A stretch of 20,000 nt of DNA from an uncultured virus (IMG/VR IMGVR_UViG_3300027906_000011) (taxonomy: Duplodnaviria > Heunggongvirae > Uroviricota > Caudoviricetes). The stretch lies in IMG/VR virus record IMGVR_UViG_3300027906_000011. The stretch is one strand, 5' to 3'. The notes beneath the pieces are model-generated. The model was not told the origin of the DNA, made no database searches, and saw only the letters and a list, made by a program, of their open reading frames with translations. Shown here piece after piece: positions 16,323 through 20,000 of the stretch; the stretch's first letter is position 1; each line of letters begins with the position of its first letter. The position numbers and the translations under genes are program-made.

Positions 16323-17386
16323 AGATAATTGTGTTCGTCTAATGCTTCATTATATAAGGAAGTCATCAATTCGAATAGTGGTTTTTTCTGACCTTGTATT
16401 TCAAGACCATCTATATACTTTTCTAATATAGTAAGAGTGTCTTCTACTCCTTCTATATCATCATCGTCCATTAAGTCCATATGTTTATGGTCGTCTACTA
16501 CAACAACATGCAACGGATTAGCGGCATGTAGTTTGTCTACCATAGAATCAAACCAATATGGATTTTCTTTATTGACTACTATCATCTTCACAAATTTGCC
16601 TGTGAATTTTGAATAGTCTTTATTTGATATTGTTTCGAATGATTCTTTTGTATCATCGTAGAAACATTTTTCAAACATAGTTAATGGATTATGAACTGGT
16701 AACATCTCTCTAGTATCTGTATCAAATATATGGAAGTATTTTTCGTCTCCATAATCTGACCAAGTGAATTGCATTTGAGAACCTAGATATCTGATGTTCT
16801 TAACTTCTGATTTTTGATGAAAGTGACCACTATAAACTTTGTCGAATCGTTTTAGATATGTGTGGTCTAGACCATGTTGACATGTCATTCCAGGCATCAT
16901 TAAAGCGCCCTCTATCTCGAAATGACCTAAACATGTATCTGCATTAGCACTTAATAAAAAGTCTATACTATCTGCATAGTTCTCATTATTAATCCAAGGA
17001 ACAAGTGCGAGATTAACTCCATCGAATTCCTTTACTATGGGTTCTGTTATAACTTGAATGTTATCATGTTCAAACAGTAATAAGTCTGGTGAGTTTACTT
17101 CATTGGTATTCTTATAATAGGTATCATGATTACCTATAATCAAATCCATAGAAATGTCCCTATCTAACATAGGTTGGATAAAGTGTTCTCTATTTGCTTT
17201 TAGACTTGCGAAGTTGACATACTTTCTTCTGTCGAAGTAATCTCCAAGATGTAAAATATGTTTAATGTTGTGTTCATCAAGATATGGAAAGAATACTTCT
17301 TCATAGAATCGTCCTTGATATTTGGACATTTCTAACATATCTCCACGAACACCTGCATGGGTGTCGTTGAGTATCGCTATTTTCAT
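16319..17386 (-). CDS. gp47: Recombination endonuclease subunit gp47 (Mre11/SbcD-like)
   Basis: DTH, GDYFD, GNHD and SGHFH metallophosphoesterase motifs; precedes gp46. Confidence 0.97.
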   Translation of the reverse strand: MKIAILNDTHAGVRGDMLEMSKYQGRFYEEVFFPYLDEHNIKHILHLGDYFDRRKYVNFASLKANREHFIQPMLDRDISMDLIIGNHDTYYKNTNEVNSPDLLLFEHDNIQVITEPIVKEFDGVNLALVPWINNENYADSIDFLLSANADTCLGHFEIEGALMMPGMTCQHGLDHTYLKRFDKVYSGHFHQKSEVKNIRYLGSQMQFTWSDYGDEKYFHIFDTDTREMLPVHNPLTMFEKCFYDDTKESFETISNKDYSKFTGKFVKMIVVNKENPYWFDSMVDKLHAANPLHVVVVDDHKHMDLMDDDDIEGVEDTLTILEKYIDGLEIQGQKKPLFELMTSLYNEALDEHNYL

Positions 17387-17925
17387 TCAGTAAATTTATC
17401 TAGACCCTTAGTCGTAGTTGTCTTTTTTCTTTTTGATTTCCTTGGTTCGTATTGAACATGATTCATGTTGTCTTGCATCCACTCAACATTAGTATTAGTC
17501 ATACCAGTAGTGTCACCATCTATTGTTTCGAATGTTTCTTGAGTGATATCTGATATGATTTGTTGCTTAATGAAAACTTGTTTCTTCTCTTTCTGTATCC
17601 TTCTTAGAAAGGCGTAATAACAAATTTGTGTAATATATGCAAATGCGTTGTTTGATTTTTCTACATTGAAGTTCTTGATATACTGAATACAATTCTCAAT
17701 TGCATCACATATCATTTCATCTCTGTAGGTGTAATTTATAAAGTTTGGTCGTGTAGATAGTCGAGTTGCAATCTTATATATGCACTCTCCTATGTAATTA
17801 GACATCTGTGGTGGGGTTCTGCCCTCTTCCTCGGCAAGCACAACGGCGGCGTTGTGTTCGGCGACTGCGGCTGTGAACTCTTTGTTATTGACATAGTGTT
17901 CACCTTGTTTTGCGTTTTTTGCCAT
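17383..17925 (-). CDS. gp55: Late-transcription sigma factor gp55
   Basis: HYVNNKEF..NFINYTYRDEMICDAIENC..NAFAYITQICYYAFLRRIQKEKKQ. Confidence 0.96.
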   Translation of the reverse strand: MAKNAKQGEHYVNNKEFTAAVAEHNAAVVLAEEEGRTPPQMSNYIGECIYKIATRLSTRPNFINYTYRDEMICDAIENCIQYIKNFNVEKSNNAFAYITQICYYAFLRRIQKEKKQVFIKQQIISDITQETFETIDGDTTGMTNTNVEWMQDNMNHVQYEPRKSKRKKTTTTKGLDKFTE

Positions 17926-18008
17926 GATGTAGTTATTATACTAGGGTTTAGTTGATATTGATAGGTGGTTTTTCACCTTTCTTTTATTTATTTATTTTAA
18001 AAAACCCC

Positions 18009-18038
18009 TTGTGAGAACCAAGGTCCATGTGATAAAAT
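18009..18038 (+). promoter_or_regulatory. Plus-strand sigma70-type promoter divergent from gp55
   Basis: A-tract, CCCC TTGTGA-18 nt-TAAAAT with TGn extension; same architecture as the promoter at 2386-2414. Confidence 0.5.
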
Positions 18039-18069
18039 AGCTTTGTGCCAGCGGTCAGGATAGCTATTA

Positions 18070-18183
18070 TTAGAAGTATACTACTCCTATCATATATCCA
18101 CATAAGAAAAAGGCAGCTGCCCATCCAGGATATATCTTACAGAACTCCCATACATTAGCCCAATAGTCTAAAAACTCTTTCAT
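18070..18183 (-). CDS. 37-aa small membrane protein (not in ORF track)
   Basis: MKEFLDYWANVWEFCKIYPGWAAAFFLCGYMIGVVYF; ATGA overlap with upstream ORF. Confidence 0.6.
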   Translation of the reverse strand: MKEFLDYWANVWEFCKIYPGWAAAFFLCGYMIGVVYF

Positions 18184-18281
18184 TGTGCGACCATCGACAA
18201 CACGCTAGTTAAAAAGATAAGGCACAGTATAGTTACCTCTGCCTTATCTCTTAAGTTTTCTATCTTGCGTTCTTTAGACAT
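18180..18281 (-). CDS. 33-aa small membrane protein (not in ORF track)
   Basis: MSKERKIENLRDKAEVTILCLIFLTSVLSMVAQ; charged N-terminus plus hydrophobic tail. Confidence 0.55.
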   Translation of the reverse strand: MSKERKIENLRDKAEVTILCLIFLTSVLSMVAQ

Positions 18282-18299
18282 AATATAAAAATTGGTCTG

Positions 18300-18464
18300 T
18301 TACCAGGCCAAGGTAGCTAAGAACATTACTCCAAATGGTAATAATATTGGAAGAGTCAGTAGTGTTAGGAACTCAATTGCTTCAATGATTCTTGGTAGAA
18401 CTTCTCTTAGGTCTTCGAATCTGCCCACCATGCTCTTCGCAATCTCAATAATTGCAGTCGTCAT
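18300..18464 (-). CDS. 54-aa small membrane protein (not in ORF track)
   Basis: MTTAIIEIAKSMVGRFEDLREVLPRIIEAIEFLTLLTLPILLPFGVMFLATLAW; RBS ACGGAG. Confidence 0.7.
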   Translation of the reverse strand: MTTAIIEIAKSMVGRFEDLREVLPRIIEAIEFLTLLTLPILLPFGVMFLATLAW

Positions 18465-18487
18465 GGTTTCTCCGTTATTAATAATAA

Positions 18488-18646
18488 TTATATAATTGTA
18501 TCACTAAGAATGATACACAATCTATTTAGTAAGTTTGTATGCTTAATGTAAAATCTTTTTAAAAAATACATTAAAACTAATATCATAAGAGCACCACCAA
18601 TCGTATAGACTAGTAATGATACTAACCAAAATGGAATCTTATCCAT
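18488..18646 (-). CDS. 52-aa small membrane protein (not in ORF track)
   Basis: MDKIPFWLVSLLVYTIGGALMILVLMYFLKRFY...; TAATG coupling to the upstream lipoprotein. Its 3' end overlaps a promoter and hairpin. Confidence 0.5.
   Translation of the reverse strand: MDKIPFWLVSLLVYTIGGALMILVLMYFLKRFYIKHTNLLNRLCIILSDTII
18523..18530 (-). promoter_or_regulatory. Variant late promoter ACTAAATA
   Basis: TAAATA core, followed by the same hairpin as the consensus promoter at 18864, upstream of ORF 18464. Confidence 0.5.
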
Positions 18647-18810
18647 TATCTGATTGTTTCATGACAAATTAAATGTCTTGGTGAAGTGCCTGTGCAAACT
18701 TCAATAGTATCTCTTTTCATTTCTTTTTTCTTTTCTAATGTCACAACTGTTTCTGTTGTAGCACAACTTACTGCAAAGATTACTAAGAATATTATACTTA
18801 AAAATTTCAT
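18646..18810 (-). CDS. 54-aa small lipoprotein (not in ORF track)
   Basis: MKFLSIIFLVIFAVSC (lipobox AVSC) ATTETVVTLEKKKEMKRDTIEVCTGTSPRHLICHETIR; RBS AAGGA. Confidence 0.7.
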   Translation of the reverse strand: MKFLSIIFLVIFAVSCATTETVVTLEKKKEMKRDTIEVCTGTSPRHLICHETIR

Positions 18811-18863
18811 TGTTTCCTTGTTTATAGATTAAACACGCTGTATTACCTGAGTAATACACCTGA

Positions 18864-18871
18864 TATTTATA
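18864..18871 (-). promoter_or_regulatory. Consensus T4 late promoter TATAAATA
   Basis: Exact match, intergenic, upstream of ORF 18810. Confidence 0.8.
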
Positions 18872-18883
18872 AACTAGTTAATC

Positions 18884-19399
18884 TTAGTGAAACTTCTTTT
18901 TATCTTTTGGTGCCACAGCATATTTGAATTCTTCAGCCTCTCGGTTATCTGACATGTCTTCTAATATATCTTCTATAAATTCTTCATCTGGTGCATCTAG
19001 AAACCGATTCTCATTTAACATTCTATCCAAATGTCTTCTCATCACTTCTTGAACTTTTAAGTCCTCTTCATTCGCCAATGGTATAGATTTATTCTCAATC
19101 ATCTCCATCCATTTACTAGATGCGTTATCATAATATGGAACGAATTGCTCGTTCATTAGATTTCTATGAACTATCTCAAACTTAGGTATACTTACCTTCT
19201 CTTCAGCACTCAATGGTGCATAGGGATAAAATACTGCGTTTGTTCTTGGTGTGCCTGGAACTAAAGACAATTGGCAAATCATAGGTAATGTAATCTCAAT
19301 AGTCTCACCTAAATCTCTAGTCATACCGACTACTTCTGTTCCGGACTTTAGTTTGATAACTTCGTATCTTTCTGGAATTAGGTCTATTGGTCCTGTCAT
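18884..19399 (-). CDS. Conserved hypothetical protein downstream of uvsW (possible Sm-like beta fold)
   Basis: VIKLKSGTEVVG..IEITLP pattern; a similar gene usually sits between uvsW and gp55 in marine T4-like phages. Confidence 0.75.
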   Translation of the reverse strand: MTGPIDLIPERYEVIKLKSGTEVVGMTRDLGETIEITLPMICQLSLVPGTPRTNAVFYPYAPLSAEEKVSIPKFEIVHRNLMNEQFVPYYDNASSKWMEMIENKSIPLANEEDLKVQEVMRRHLDRMLNENRFLDAPDEEFIEDILEDMSDNREAEEFKYAVAPKDKKKFH

Positions 19400-20000
19400 T
19401 TACTTTAACTCAAATTGTTTAAGTTCGTAAGGAAAGTTCTCCTCGTTGTATATATTTATGCGTTCTTTCAAGTGAGCAAGGGTATAATTATCACATCCTA
19501 AGTCATCTGCGATATCAAATAACCTCATACTATCTTTACCATCTGCCTTACGAAGACCCCTACCAATAGACTGTAAGTTTCTTATTCTAGATTTTGATGG
19601 CGATGCAAATACTACATTATCAATCTTCTTGATATTAATTCCTGTTGAGAAGGTTCCATATGATGCAAGTATAACAGAATCTTTTCCTTTCTCTACTAAC
19701 TCTCTAACTGACTCTCTATCTTCTGTATCTGTTCCACCATAAACATAATGTAAATCCTTTACTCTCTTCTCCAACATTGGGTATAGAACCTCACCATGTT
19801 TCTCAACATATTGGAACAATACGAGTGTGTTACCTTTTAGACTTGCGACTAGATTAGTTATAAAGTTATTTCTCGCATCACAACTAACAAGATAGTCCAT
19901 CTCTTCTTGATATGTTCCTTTCTTCTGTTTTGGGTGTTCAAGTATCAAACAATCGATATTAATTTGTGCGATTGTTCCTTGTTCCATGAGTTCAGAAGAT
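19400..20000 (-). CDS. uvsW: UvsW SF2 RNA-DNA/DNA helicase, C-terminal part (5' end truncated)
   Basis: GNTLVLFQYVEKHG, ASYGTFSTGINIK, LQSIGRGLR, LFDIADD; frame stays open to the window edge. Confidence 0.95.
   Translation of the reverse strand, partial: SSELMEQGTIAQINIDCLILEHPKQKKGTYQEEMDYLVSCDARNNFITNLVASLKGNTLVLFQYVEKHGEVLYPMLEKRVKDLHYVYGGTDTEDRESVRELVEKGKDSVILASYGTFSTGINIKKIDNVVFASPSKSRIRNLQSIGRGLRKADGKDSMRLFDIADDLGCDNYTLAHLKERINIYNEENFPYELKQFELK

Noticed and set aside
336..18495. All plus-strand ORFs in the track (e.g. 336-551, 946-1197, 3869-4279, 13067-13438, 13727-14041, 15562-15942, 18292-18495)
   Set aside because: Antisense shadows of well-supported minus-strand genes, with no recognisable motifs.
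1..20000. tRNA, CRISPR array, intron/intein or stop-codon recoding
   Set aside because: No cloverleaf or repeat-spacer pattern seen by eye. Core genes are uninterrupted and of normal length under the standard code.

Overview
Segment of an AT-rich T4-like (Tevenvirinae/Kyanoviridae-like) myophage genome, probably marine. The host is inferred, not shown, to be a Gram-negative proteobacterium. All credible genes are on the minus strand. The core replication and transcription block reads right to left: uvsW (partial), gp55, gp47, gp46, gp45, gp44, gp62, regA. Accessory modules interrupt it: (i) five unannotated small membrane/lipoprotein ORFs behind two late promoters that share a 5' hairpin; (ii) a full-length ammonium transporter, a peptide deformylase and a 2OG-Fe(II) oxygenase directly after gp46; (iii) an early region with three copies of a conserved sigma70-type promoter, driving small ORFs, a HEXXH/VWA (CobT-like) protein, two PD-(D/E)XK nuclease-like genes and a CobS/MoxR AAA+ ATPase; (iv) a structured intergenic element with a short ORF between gp45 and gp44; (v) a late operon of two paralogous membrane proteins plus curli secretion genes csgF and csgG, running off the left edge. 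All calls come from motif reading and synteny; no database searches were run.
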